NCBI GenBank assembly: GCA_048013815.1
Contig: CM106585.1
Coordinates: forward strand, 9,982,001 to 10,046,000
DNA from: Setoptus koraiensis
Taxonomy: Eukaryota > Animalia > Arthropoda
DNA: 64,000 nucleotides
Reading direction: 5' to 3'
In this document: positions 1 through 10,545 of the stretch, in pieces
How positions within the stretch are numbered: the first letter of the stretch is position 1
How the letters are laid out: every line of letters begins with the position of its first letter
Translations under genes and position numbers: made by a program
The notes under the pieces: model-generated
What the model was told of the DNA's origin: nothing
What the model saw: the letters and a program-made list of their open reading frames with translations, nothing else
The model's database searches: none

Positions 1-3000
1 AGCGACGGCTGCAACATAGTGTGCAAAAAGTGTATCAGTCATCATTAATTACATCGTCGCTTCAATTGTTTGCATTCAAAGTGACTGGTGCTCGTCACTG
101 TTGTCAACAACTCACCTCCAGAATGGCTATGCCCATGTTGGCGAAAGTGATTGCGCCCGCCGCCACCAAAATGTAGGGATCTTTGATGAGGGTCAACAGA
201 GTGGCGCCCTCGGCGGGACTTTCCGTCACTCTGGGCTGCAGGACCATCAATTGCAGTACTGGTTTTGTGACATTGGGTGAGATTGGGCGAGATTGGGCGA
301 GATTGGGCGAGTTGGGTGAGATTTGGCGAGATTGGGCGAGATTGAGCGAGATTGGGCGAGATTGAGCGAGATTGGGCGAGATTGGGTTTGACAGAGCGGT
401 CTCGGTGCATTGATGGGTCAACTTACTTCCTTCGAACAGGGCCAAAAACGACAGCACTATGAAGGGCGACGACTTTCCGACGAACTCGTACATGAAGCCC
501 CCGAAGCTGCATGATTAGGCGGGCAGGTTGGTGCAAATTGAATTGGAACGGATTGAATTGTGAGCAATCAAATCGAAATCATCGAGTTGCTTCGCAATTA
601 GAGATTATGGAGGATTTAATTAATTATCAAGCGGGCGGTATGAACACTTACGGTGGACCTATCACCACTCCGAGAGCGAGACCGCCTAAAGCGATGGCCA
701 TGGCGTTACCACGTTCGCGGTCGTCCGGAAATCTGTCCGCCAGCATGCTCATGCCCGCCACCGAGGTGCAAGCGGAGCCCACTCCCTGCAGAGCTCTCGC
801 AATGAACAGTATGGAATAGGTGCTGCCCATGGCGAACACTGGACACACGGCAAGCAAGCAAGCAACTAATTAGTTTTTGACTCTACTAATGAGTCATGAG
901 TAAATGACTACTGGCCAATGATTTGTCGCCGCTGACCACTGCATGACGCAATGATTGCAGTGATAGCGGCACGTACTCACCCAATGTCGATATAAACATT
1001 ATGACGAAACCCGTGAACATGGGTATGGTGAAGCCCACTCTGTATAGATTGGTATGCATTAGCGACAAAAGAGGGGGCGCACAAATGAGTGTCACATGGT
1101 GTCAAATTGGCGTTGATTGGCAATCGGCAATTCGCAATTGACAATCGGCAATTCGCAATCGGCAATTGGCGATTCGCAATTCACAAACTGTAAACTTACT
1201 TGTTCGTCAGCGAACCGATAAACGGGTTCGCGATGGCCTGAACGATGGGCTTTGCGGCAAACATGATGCCCACCTCGAGGCTCTCGTCCACCAGGTCCTG
1301 GTGACTAATGATGAGATTGTCGCTGCCGTCCTGGACCGCCATCGGTTTTGGTGTTGTGGTGGTGGTGGTGGTGGTGGTGGTGGTGCTAGTTGTGGTTGTC
1401 TTGGGGCGCTGTCGCAGCGAGGCCACACTCTTGAGTCTGCTCACCTTGGCCGAGCCCGCCATTTCTCTCTTGGCCACTATTCGGCCGGTGTTTGCGGCCG
1501 AATTGGCAGCGGATTTTAGCTGCTCGTTGTCGTCGCTGACCGACTGTTGTCGGGCGTCGCGCGGGTCTGATTCCGGATCGGGGAGCGGTTCGTAGCTACT
1601 CGGGCCGGACCCGTTACTTCGGTTGCTCAGCGACTTGGCCCTGTTCGAGCTGGTGATTCGCTCCAGTTCGTCGGTGTTGTCGGTGGACAACACTGACGGC
1701 GCCCTATTAGCACTTTTCTCTGTCTGCTTTCGCCTGCCGCCGGACTGTTTTTGTGAGTTGTTGTTGTTCGTTTGTTGTTGTTTGCGTCTCGCCGGGCTGG
1801 AACTGGAATTGATATTTGAGTTTTGAAAATTAAAATCTTGATGATCGTCGTCTTCGTCCAGGTCGCGCATTATCACCCGACCGGCGAACGGTTTACCCTG
1901 GACCATTGTCAAACAGACGCCACCCAACGGCTGCTTGGTGAGACTCTTCAGGTCGGACAAAGTCGCCTGGAACTTTCGCAGCTCGGACACGCTAGGCGAA
2001 CTCTGCAATAGATTGAAGCTTAAATTGCCGCTATCACTGCCGCCGCCGGCGCCCTCGTCATATTCTGACTCTTGTGCGCCACTCATCGACTCCTGATCGG
2101 GCTCGTTGTCGTCGGGCTCCGCGTCCGGCCCGGCGCCCGGATCGCCCGGTGCCGTTTGTTCAAAATCCGACTGGCCGTCGTCACTAATCACTTGTTGTTG
2201 CTTGCTGTTTGCTTGCTGCTGCTGCTGTATCTTGACACCGCCCACGCTGAGCACCGGCGATCCGGGCGCCGGCTGGCTGCCCGTGCCGCCCTGCACAAAC
2301 GGCAGCCGACCGTTTGTGCGGCCGGCCCCATTCTCGGCGGCCTGCTGAATGGGAGGGCCGTTTGTCGACTGCTGCCTGGCCACTTGTTTCAGGTCCATCT
2401 CTAGCTGGTCGGCTGCGGGGCCCGGTGCGGGCCCGTTCTGCTGGCCGGCCAGCGCCGCCGCTTGTCGGTGCTTCTGCCGGGACCTAGCTGCCGGGTCACT
2501 GATGTTTGTTTGGCGCATCGTCCACCTGGCCAGTGTTTGTTCGGCGTAAGCGGACGTTGCTTCCGGTCGGTCGCTGTTCGCTACTGCGTTGCCGGGCGCC
2601 AGAGGACCGCGGTTGTTGTTGCCTATTGTGACACCTTCGCGTATTTGTTTCTCGATGCGAAGCTTGTACAAATAGGCGGGTATTATGGGCACTACCGATG
2701 TAAGCAGCATGTTGTCCAACAGCAGCGCCACGGCCACTATCAATATGATCAATTTGCGCGAACCCCTGCACTCTTGCAGCACCCTGGCGCCCTTCTCGAA
2801 CCAAAATTCGGCTCCGTTGCCCTTGGAGCCGTCATTTCCGCCGCTTGCGATGCCGTTGTGTTGTTGCTGGCCGAACGGATTTGTCTTGTCGGCTTGCTGC
2901 TGGGTGCCGCCGATAGAGGGCCGACTGGCGCTTCGCGAGCTCGTTCTCGTGTGCGCCCTATGCAAATTGTTGCTGCCGCCGTTTGTCGTGGCTGCCGTCT

Positions 3001-3667
3001 GATCGGTGGCCGCCTGTGTGTTGGCGCCCCTCTTCGACATGAGCGATTTAGGCGGATCCGGTCGTGTAATTGTCGCGGGCCTGGCCGACTGTTTCTGTGG
3101 TTGTTGGTGCTGCTGTTGTTGTTGTTGGTGCTGTTGTTGTTGTTGTTGTTGTTGTTGTTGTGCGTGATTGGTTGCTTGTTCGCTTGTCATTGGGCTGTCG
3201 TAGGTGGCGTCGTCGTCGTCGAACGGGTTGCGACTGATTCTGGCCGCTCTCTGCTGCTGATTGGCGGCGGTTGTTGCGCCGGTTGTTGCGTTGGCTGGCG
3301 CCGGTGTTGCGCTGCTGGCCGGCGACACAAACTGCGTGTTGATCTTGTATTGGTCTTGCTGTTGTTGCATGCATCGTTGTTGCAGATGCAACTTGAAGGA
3401 TTCCTGTTGTTTCAATTGCTGCTGTCGTTGCTTGTTCTCGTTGAGTATCTCGGTCGAGGTGTGTCGGCCGCTGTGCGACAGCGTCGACTGTTGGCCCGCT
3501 CTCGACGGCGCGGACTGGCCACTTGTCGCTAGCGGGTCGCCTCTCACGCCCCCACTGCCGCTGTTGTTGTTGTTGTTGCCGCCGCTGTTGCCGCCGCTGT
3601 TGTTGTTGTTGTTGCCGCCGCTGTTGCCGCTGTTGCTGTTGCTGGCTGCTGATTGCGGTGATATCAT
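1..3667 (-). CDS. Vmat: Vesicular monoamine transporter (SLC18A1/2-like, MFS); multi-exon, 3' end beyond the left window edge. Exons (5'->3'): 3667-1200, 1039-981, 838-652, 506-427, 258-116, 8-<1
   Basis: All junctions have GT/AG and matching phases. Spliced protein: [32 protein letters not shown] ... [143 protein letters not shown]...[25 protein letters not shown]. This matches VMAT motifs (LLLDNMLL, ERGNxMGIALGGLA, KDPYILxAAG, FANMGIAxLEP). The likely start is ACCATG at 3667-3665. Confidence 0.95.
116..258 (-). CDS. Vmat: VMAT exon 5 (ILQLMVLQP...[10 protein letters not shown])
   Basis: Acceptor AAACCAG| at 259, donor GAG|GTGAGT at 115; 143 nt. The next exon starts at 8 (TTGCAG|CCG TCG CT, PSL of the conserved EPSLP). 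Confidence 0.92.
272..386. repeat. 10-bp minisatellite (GAGATTGGGC)n in VMAT intron 4
   Basis: About 11 degenerate copies read directly. Confidence 0.9.
427..506 (-). CDS. Vmat: VMAT exon 4 ([26 protein letters not shown])
   Basis: Acceptor ATGCAG| at 507, donor A|GTAAGT at 426; 80 nt. Confidence 0.92.
652..838 (-). CDS. Vmat: VMAT exon 3 (VFAMGSTY...[11 protein letters not shown])
   Basis: Acceptor GTCCAG| at 839, donor CC|GTAAGT at 651; 187 nt. Confidence 0.92.
981..1039 (-). CDS. Vmat: VMAT exon 2 ([19 protein letters not shown])
   Basis: Acceptor TATACAG| at 1040, donor G|GTGAGT at 980; 59 nt, phases 2 and 1 fit the neighbouring exons. Confidence 0.9.
1200..3667 (-). CDS. Vmat: VMAT coding exon 1 (about 823 codons: long N-terminus, TM1, giant lumenal loop, TM2)
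   Basis: Uninterrupted 2.5-kb ORF ending at donor AA|GTAAGT (1200/1199). Upstream acceptor-like TTTTAG at about 3714 and 3697 suggests a 5'-UTR intron. Confidence 0.9.
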
Positions 3668-6600
3668 GGTTGACACATTGAACGTTGATGAATAAACTAA
3701 AATCAACTCTCTGCTAAAATAAACATACGCCGTGCGTAATTGTGTGCTGTGCCGTCAATTGCGACACGTTCGCAAATACGTGTTGTCACTAATACCGTTG
3801 GCTGGTGCCGCCACGACAAATACCGTTGGCTGGTGCGCGCTGAGTCGGTGCTGCTGTGGCCCCACTGCGACTGTCAAACTGACTGTCAACTGGCCGCGTG
3901 TGTCAACTCGCGCTCGACGACACTGACTCAACTTTCGACAACTCTCACAATCTGACACTGGCCGACACTGGCCGACACTGTCTGACACTGTCGCCGACTC
4001 GCCCACTCGCCCACTCGCTAACTGTAACTGGCAGCTGCTCGCCCTCGATGCAACACAACAGCGCCAGAGCTTAATTGACTATTTATTGTTCCTCAATTAC
4101 ACTCGCTCTCACATATATTGCGCTGGTCAGCCCTGGTGGCGCTATAATTGATAACTGATAACTGACAACTGCTAACTGTTCGCTGCGGCTCCGGCTACTT
4201 GATTCGCGCCAAGCCACGCTCACTTAGTTAGCTAACTGGCCCACATCTAATCTATATAACGGCCTCAATGGCTCATGCGTCTGCCTGGCGCGGATATGAC
4301 AGCACCACTGGATATGAGAGCGGGTGTGAGAGTGCACAGCGGCGCGGATATTGGCGCTGCGCGCCAGTGCGGGGCCCCAACACACACACGCAGTGCAGCT
4401 CACAGGAATTTGAATGGATTGGAATGGAATGTTGGCCGCTGGTTGTTGTTTGTTGTTGGACAACTATTATATATTGAGGCGACGGCGACCAGGATGACGA
4501 CATTAACTTGACAGGCTGCTAGATAGCGCCGCTGAGAGCGCCAACGGCGCCACTGCAAACTAACAGTAGTAAACGGTTTGTCAGCACGTTATAAAAAGGC
4601 ACCACACTATTACATAATACCACTGCTACCAGCACCGCCATACCAATGCCAGCGCGCCATACCGTGCCATACTGAGCCATCGAGCTGGATATTGGAGAGA
4701 TATTTAGGCGACCATATAACAGTTTATGTTGTTCCGTTTGGCGCCCAATAAACTTGACTTTGTTGGCCACTGGTCGTTAGTCAAGCTCAACTTGCGCTCA
4801 CATATATGAGCAGCGAGCCCGCCACTGACCCCAACTAACCCGCCGCCGACGCCGCTGGCTCCATTCATGTCTGAACTAAAACTAATGATGAAGTACCGCA
4901 CTATACCAATCTATCTATTTGATGGGCCCCCCGCCCCTCTAACTGACTTGCTGGCCTTAAAGTCAGTTAGTCAGAATCGGCGGGCGCATATCAATAACTA
5001 CGCGCTACCTAACCTACACCAACACTGTGTGTCGTGTGTCGTGTGTAGTGCGTCGTGCGTATTGTGTAGTGGGTCACTACCACTAGTGAGAAGAGTGTAA
5101 TGGCGCCTTCCTGGACCCGTACGCCAGCATTGCCGCTGTCTGTGACGCAACGCAAATTTGGCCCACGATATATAAATACCCGTGCTCGTGTGTATTTATA
5201 TATCGTATTATATCACATCCTCACATTATATTATATTTATATTTATATGACAATGCGCGAGCCACAATGCTTTTCAACCTCTACCGCTACCGCTTTCGGC
5301 TCTGTTGATACCAACGGCGCCCCTTCGTCCACTCCAAATACTCGAGTCTGGCTGGCGAGTTGACTCTCACTATAACTATAACTATCACTGTTCGTTAGGG
5401 CCATTGGATGCATTGGCGCAGTTATAAGCGACACCAATGCCGACACACAATAGATAGGCCAGTATCATACTGGCAGTATGGGACGGGGGGGGGAAGCCAA
5501 AAATTATTACATAATAATCTATATTGCCAGACTCACAAGTTGCAGCCACTCGTGCGCTCGTTGCGATGGGGCCCCTATTTAAACAATTTATTCACTCTAT
5601 CACTTCACTCTCGACCCCCTCCCACACGCACACACACACACACACACTGTGTGTGACACACAGTGTTGGTTGAATGCGTAGCTATTATTTCTTGTCCATA
5701 GTCACCTATTAAATATTCATATCTAATGTAGAATCGCCGATGGACGCCGATAATGATCAAGATAAGCATCAGCTGTTTACCTCTTCTTATACCTTGCACT
5801 TATACCTTATAGAGCAAGGGTTCCCGGCAAGCGACCATCTGGGGTCTAAAATTAATGTGCTGGCCAATGCCAATCACATGATAATGATATGAATGAGTTT
5901 GATTTCACTTTCGTCTACTCCGGGGCACAATGTAAGATAACGGTTATCTCATTGTTGTGTCGCGCGTCGTTGTTGTTGTCGTGGCGAACCACTTACTTGA
6001 GAAAGAATTACTTACTCACTCGCTTGCCTACTCACTCACTCACCCGCTTGCCTACTTACTATTCTTGGCTCTTACGTAACGCGGAAAGTATAGGATATTC
6101 ATTCAGATGATGGTGATCACTCTGATCATGATCATATAGTGAAATTATTTATTTTTCAGTATATCACTAGTCGAGTTAACTAAAGTCCCCAGCGCCCAGC
6201 TTTCGCTCACATCAATCAGATAACTCGCAACTCAACGACAACAGCAACAACAACAACAGCAGCTACAACAACACTAGCAGCAAAGCCAACAAAGAATGAA
6301 GAAATGGAAATAACGATAGGCAAGCCAATAACAGGCGTGATATGACATGCTTCATTTCTCATGTAACTGCAACCTAACTGACTACTGTGGCCAGACAACG
6401 CTTCATTGAACTAATCTGCCTAAAATGGGCAACAACTCCCGGCTCGCAAGTGAAGATTGATCGGCAAAGATGTTGACGTCAGTAACATCGTAAGTAAGTG
6501 GCCTATTTTTCACATGCAAGACAGGACTCATCTCGTCTCAACATGCTCACCATATGATGCCCATAAACACACATGAATCTTGCATATGATAGGTCGAAAC

Positions 6601-6944
6601 TTAGCCACAAAACGATCGACTTTGGTGGCGGTCACTTACACCATTGCCCACAACAACGACATGACCAAGGTGCATTACTTGGCGCATTCAAGTATCGAGA
6701 TCTTATCTCTCTTTCCCTCTCTCTTTCTCTCTCCCTCCCTCTCGCTCCCCGCTCCTCAACTCACTCAATTCAATTGATCAATGAACCAAATACTCCAGCC
6801 GAATGACGGACTGACCCATAAGCCGGATCAATTGAAATGGTTGGGGCCAATCTACGGTAGCACATAACGCAGCTCACGCACAAAAATAACAAGAAGCTTT
6901 AGAACTGTTGGCTCATGAGTTGCTTCCGCCCGCGCGATATGCTC

Positions 6945-6950
6945 TTTATT
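6945..6950 (-). terminator. Putative polyadenylation signal (AATAAA) of BZW
   Basis: AATAAA on the minus strand about 335 nt downstream of the BZW stop. Confidence 0.45.
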
Positions 6951-7285
6951 TCGGTTTGAGTAAAACAGGTCTCAAAATTGATTATACTCTTGGAATGGTA
7001 CAGCAGTATGATTGGCCGCTCGTCAATAGCTGAACACTATCTATTATTGAACAGATATCACAGCTCGTTAACAACGAACTATAACGGCTTAAAAAGGGTC
7101 TGGTCAATTAGATACTATTATTACTACGTGTGCAATGAACCGATCAGACGTGAACCACCGTTTAAAAAGAGAAATGACAGAGAGAAAGCAGTGACACATG
7201 TATGTTGTTGTTGTTGTTGCTGTTGTTTAGTTTCATCATCAAGAGATGCGTATGTTTCATTGACTGTAGTATATTTAAAATGTTC

Positions 7286-8685
7286 CTATCCCTCTTCTTC
7301 TTCGGATTCCTCTTCAGCGTTCTGAAGCCACTCGACAAATTGTTTCATTTGTTCCAAGAATACTGATTTACCTTTCGCTGAGTGAGCTTCTCTGTACCAC
7401 TTGATGATTACGTCTTCGCTGAGTACTTCAGATTTGTAGAATAAAACAATTATTTTATGGAAAACTTTAAGGAAGTTCATATTCTCGTAACAATACTCTT
7501 GAACCCTAATAATGAGTGCCAATTCAGCTTTAGCCGTTGATGTAAATGCGGCCAATAAAGCTGAATAATTGCGCAAATGCTTGAGAGCTTGTTCCGCTAC
7601 TAATTCTTCTTTCTTGTTCCATTCAACAACAGACATCAATGTCTTCCAGAGCAGCACAGCTATCTCAGCTGGTTCAAAGTTGTATTTTGTCGTTGATTCT
7701 TTAACAATTCCTATGACGTCTTTCGTTGGCGAATTCTTATTTATCATAGTAGATATTACTTTTTGCAATTCATTCTTTTTGGCCTCAGATTCTTTGGCTT
7801 TCTGAAAAGCCACCAATGGAACTAGGCCGTTGTTTTGGAAAGTTTGAATAATAGTGTCCGAACTGCGCTTGTTGGCTGGTAGAAAGTCCTGTTGGTATCG
7901 TTGATAGTCGAGAGTGAGAGAGGTAGAATGTGAGAGAGTGGTTATTTTATAGTTAGATGAGTATTTAGCGCCGGTGATAGAAGGTTCGGATCAGGTCGTA
8001 ATATGTAACTTACCAATAATTTGCTGTCTACGCCGGCCCGGCGCAGTGAGTTCCAGACGGTCACAGGATCTTTTTCAGTAAGCCAGGTTTGTAGCACTTG
8101 AACAAGAAATTCAAGTGCAAGACCATCCTTAACTAAGTGATCCTGAATTCCAGATAATAATACATGCGGTCCTAGAACGTTAGAGCTAGTGAGCACAGAT
8201 GTTAATTTCGCTAACTTGATACGATCGTCAGGCTCAAAACCCTTTAAGAAGACAATGATTTTTTTGAATTCCTCCTCTAAAGTCTTTTCCAAATATCCGA
8301 ATCTTTGTATTAATCTGATGAATATATTGGCGAAATTTTTAATTGAAGCCAAATCGTTCTGATCGGCGGCCTTGAATAAACAAATATCGGTCTTATATTG
8401 TTTAGTAGTGTCTTGATCAACCACTATTGAGCCGCCGGGCGCTAGTATACCACCAGCGATTATAATATCAAATAGTTGTTCACCATAGACACGATAATCA
8501 AATTTAGCATCCGATAATAGACATTTGATAACTGAATCAATGTCTAGCTTTTGTCCATTTAGCTCATCAAAACTTTGTAAAATGGTGTCGCGGAATCCAG
8601 AGGGATTGAATTTTTCTTTTTCATCTCTTTTCCTGGTCCTAAAACGTTGACCCTGTAGTGTCGGTCGTTCTACTTTTTGACTCAT
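7286..8685 (-). CDS. BZW2: eIF5-mimic protein / basic leucine zipper and W2 domain protein (krasavietz/BZW); exons 8685-8014 and 7888-7286, about 424 aa
   Basis: N-terminus MSQKVERPTLQGQRFRTRKRDEKEKF is the BZW signature. C-terminal W2 domain with AA-boxes (VEWNKKEELV, VLSEDVIIKWY, FVEWLQNAEEESEEE). The 125-nt intron (TTG|GTAAGT at 8013 ... CAACAG|GAC at 7889) joins in frame: SKLL-DFLPANKRSSD. Confidence 0.95.
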
Positions 8686-8689
8686 ACGC

Positions 8690-8915
8690 AGTTTTTAGTA
8701 GGATATATTTAATTAATTTCTTTAATGTTTAGATTATATTGTTTAGTGTGGTTATTATTATATTGTCGTTAGTATTATTATTATTTTTGTTCCACTACAA
8801 TATAATCGTGATACCCAGCGTATAATATATAATAATAATTTTTATTTATAATCGATGTATTTTATATATTATATTTATTATAATATATATATTTATAATA
8901 TAATAACATTAGTCT
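8690..8915. repeat. Extremely AT-rich low-complexity tract upstream of the BZW start
   Basis: TA/TTA/ATA runs with almost no G/C. Confidence 0.8.
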
Positions 8916-9129
8916 ACTGAAGCAGATAGATTATTGGAGGGGAGGTTTACCTTCGGTAGATCTTTACAGGGAATAGGTGGTGGCGATGTTTTGTAGCGCG
9001 TCCCCCCTTTTGAGCATGTTGAAGAGGGCCGTCCGTTTTTCCCCTTTATGTTCGGGTCGTCGTGTCCCAACAGACAATCCAAAGGCAGAGGCTACGTTAA
9101 GTGACGAACGCACAACTATTGCACTTACA

Positions 9130-9268
9130 CTAGCTCTACTGAAGAATGTCGCAGGGGAAGACACTGAGTGCTTTGCCCCACAACACAGCTGTGCCCGCAT
9201 TAGCGCTACTGATTTGGCGAAAGGGAACAGCATTAAATGTCTTCCCCTGCGACATTATTCTTTGCTAG
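9130..9268 (+). ncRNA. Long hairpin with a 19-bp perfect stem; candidate structured RNA element
   Basis: 9145-9163 AATGTCGCAGGGGAAGACA is the exact reverse complement of 9238-9256. Further pairs lie outside (GAA/TTC, CTAGC/GCTAG) and inside (AGTGCT/AGCATT, TTGCC/GGCGA using G-U). Confidence 0.35.
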
Positions 9269-9536
9269 ACTGATTCACTGTCTATACTGGGTCGTTCACA
9301 TAAAACATGTCCACCATGCACTAAAAAGCCTGCGTTGCCTTACACACCACAGTGAAACGAAACTGTGCTGCGCACAATTGGGTTTTTGGCACGTTTAGCG
9401 GATTGTGCCCGAGCCACCCTCAGCAGTGCCAGCCTGAAATCTATGATAACTGACAAGGCTGAAAATGCACAAATTGTGCATTGCCGTATCTCTGTGCACC
9501 CTTTTGATGTACGCCATAAAATAGCCACACTAAAAC

Positions 9537-9897
9537 TAGTTGGATATAGGGCGTAGAGGGAGCTGTTTCGTTTCAACTACTGCGCACCAACAGCCAGAGC
9601 GAACCCTGCAGGAAGTAATTGGAACTGCTCAACGCGCCGTAGCATTGGCGGGTCTGATGAGTGATTTAACACAGTTCAGTTGGGGATGTGACAGTCACAA
9701 CATGTAATCGGATGGCTGCGTTTGACACAAAAACAACTCGGATTGTTGTTAACACTTGCTCCAATAGGTCGCTCAGCCCATAGCCGGGGCTACGCTGCCC
9801 ACCACAGTTCCTAATTTAGCCTGCCGAGGGCGCTCCCTCACGGCATGCGCACGGCTGCTGCTAGAAAAGAGCTCCCTCTACGTATCATCTCCAACTA
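9537..9897. ncRNA. About 360-nt unit bounded by a 28-nt imperfect inverted repeat with nested stems; structured RNA or MITE-like element
   Basis: 9537-9544/9890-9897 (8 bp) and 9552-9564/9870-9882 (13 bp) are perfect complements. Nested stems: 9617-9627/9805-9816 and 9650-9657/9773-9779. Confidence 0.3.
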
Positions 9898-10545
9898 AAC
9901 TCAGCGTAACTATATTTGAAAAACGCACACTAAATAGCACAGAAATATTCCAAGCACAAGTTGTGCATTTTCTGACTGGTCAGTTCATCAGTTCCACACT
10001 AGGTGTGTTGCTTTTGTTGGTACGCACTGGATTCTACATGTAGAAAATTTAAACTTGTGCAGCACAGTTTTCCTTGGATGTTCTGTGGAAACTGACGCAG
10101 GCTTGCCAGTGCATAGTGAACATGTTTTGCTGAACGACCTCAATATACAGAACAGTGAAGCGGATCGAACATTCCATTTCAAGCTGTTAGAAACACTATC
10201 AACAGGACACACAACTTGCCTTGTCAACGAACCATATTGGCGCCACTACGCACGCGCTTCACATTTAAACATGGCGATGGCGCCAAAACAGCTGAAGATA
10301 AAATCGCCGAAAAAAGCACATGGTTTTTGTTTGTGTTATTTGTTCTTTGCACGCATCAAGATTGCGGATCATCTTGAGTCATACTACTCAATAATTAAAG
10401 CCATCACTTATTAGAATTACTAACAACTTGGCCTTGACCTTTCCGATCAACATTTCTTTTCATCTCTAATTGAGAAATAATTTCAGCTTAATTAGTGGAC
10501 GCTACATTCATTCCTCACTCCCCGTTGTCGAGTCGATCGGAAATC

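Noticed and set aside
2462-3532. 356-aa plus-strand ORF and other ORFs overlapping VMAT exon 1
   Set aside because: Antisense shadows of the CAG/CAA-rich VMAT coding sequence.
4519-4770. 83-aa hydrophobic ORF resembling a two-TM protein
   Set aside because: No homology or splice context; the hydrophobicity can arise from the antisense of GCA/ACC-rich sequence.
9537-9897. Assignment as RNase P/MRP, telomerase RNA, 7SK or U3
   Set aside because: GGAAGT and a bulged-U helix are present, but the CR-I/CR-V consensus and P2 pseudoknot do not fit. There is no TTAGG-type template longer than CCTAA, the 7SK-like words (GGATGTGA, TGGCTGCG) lack the GAUC motifs, and there is no U3 box A. Left unassigned.
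10055-10414. 119-aa ORF containing LPVHSEHVLLNDL, faintly like the AMPK-beta C-terminus
   Set aside because: The similarity is limited to a few residues, the flanking motifs are absent and there is no good ATG.
10495-10545. GTG-initiated N-terminal extension of TTC27 (tempting next to a non-AUG repressor gene)
   Set aside because: This is an ORF-finder alternative start; an ATG follows 17 codons later and nothing supports non-AUG use.
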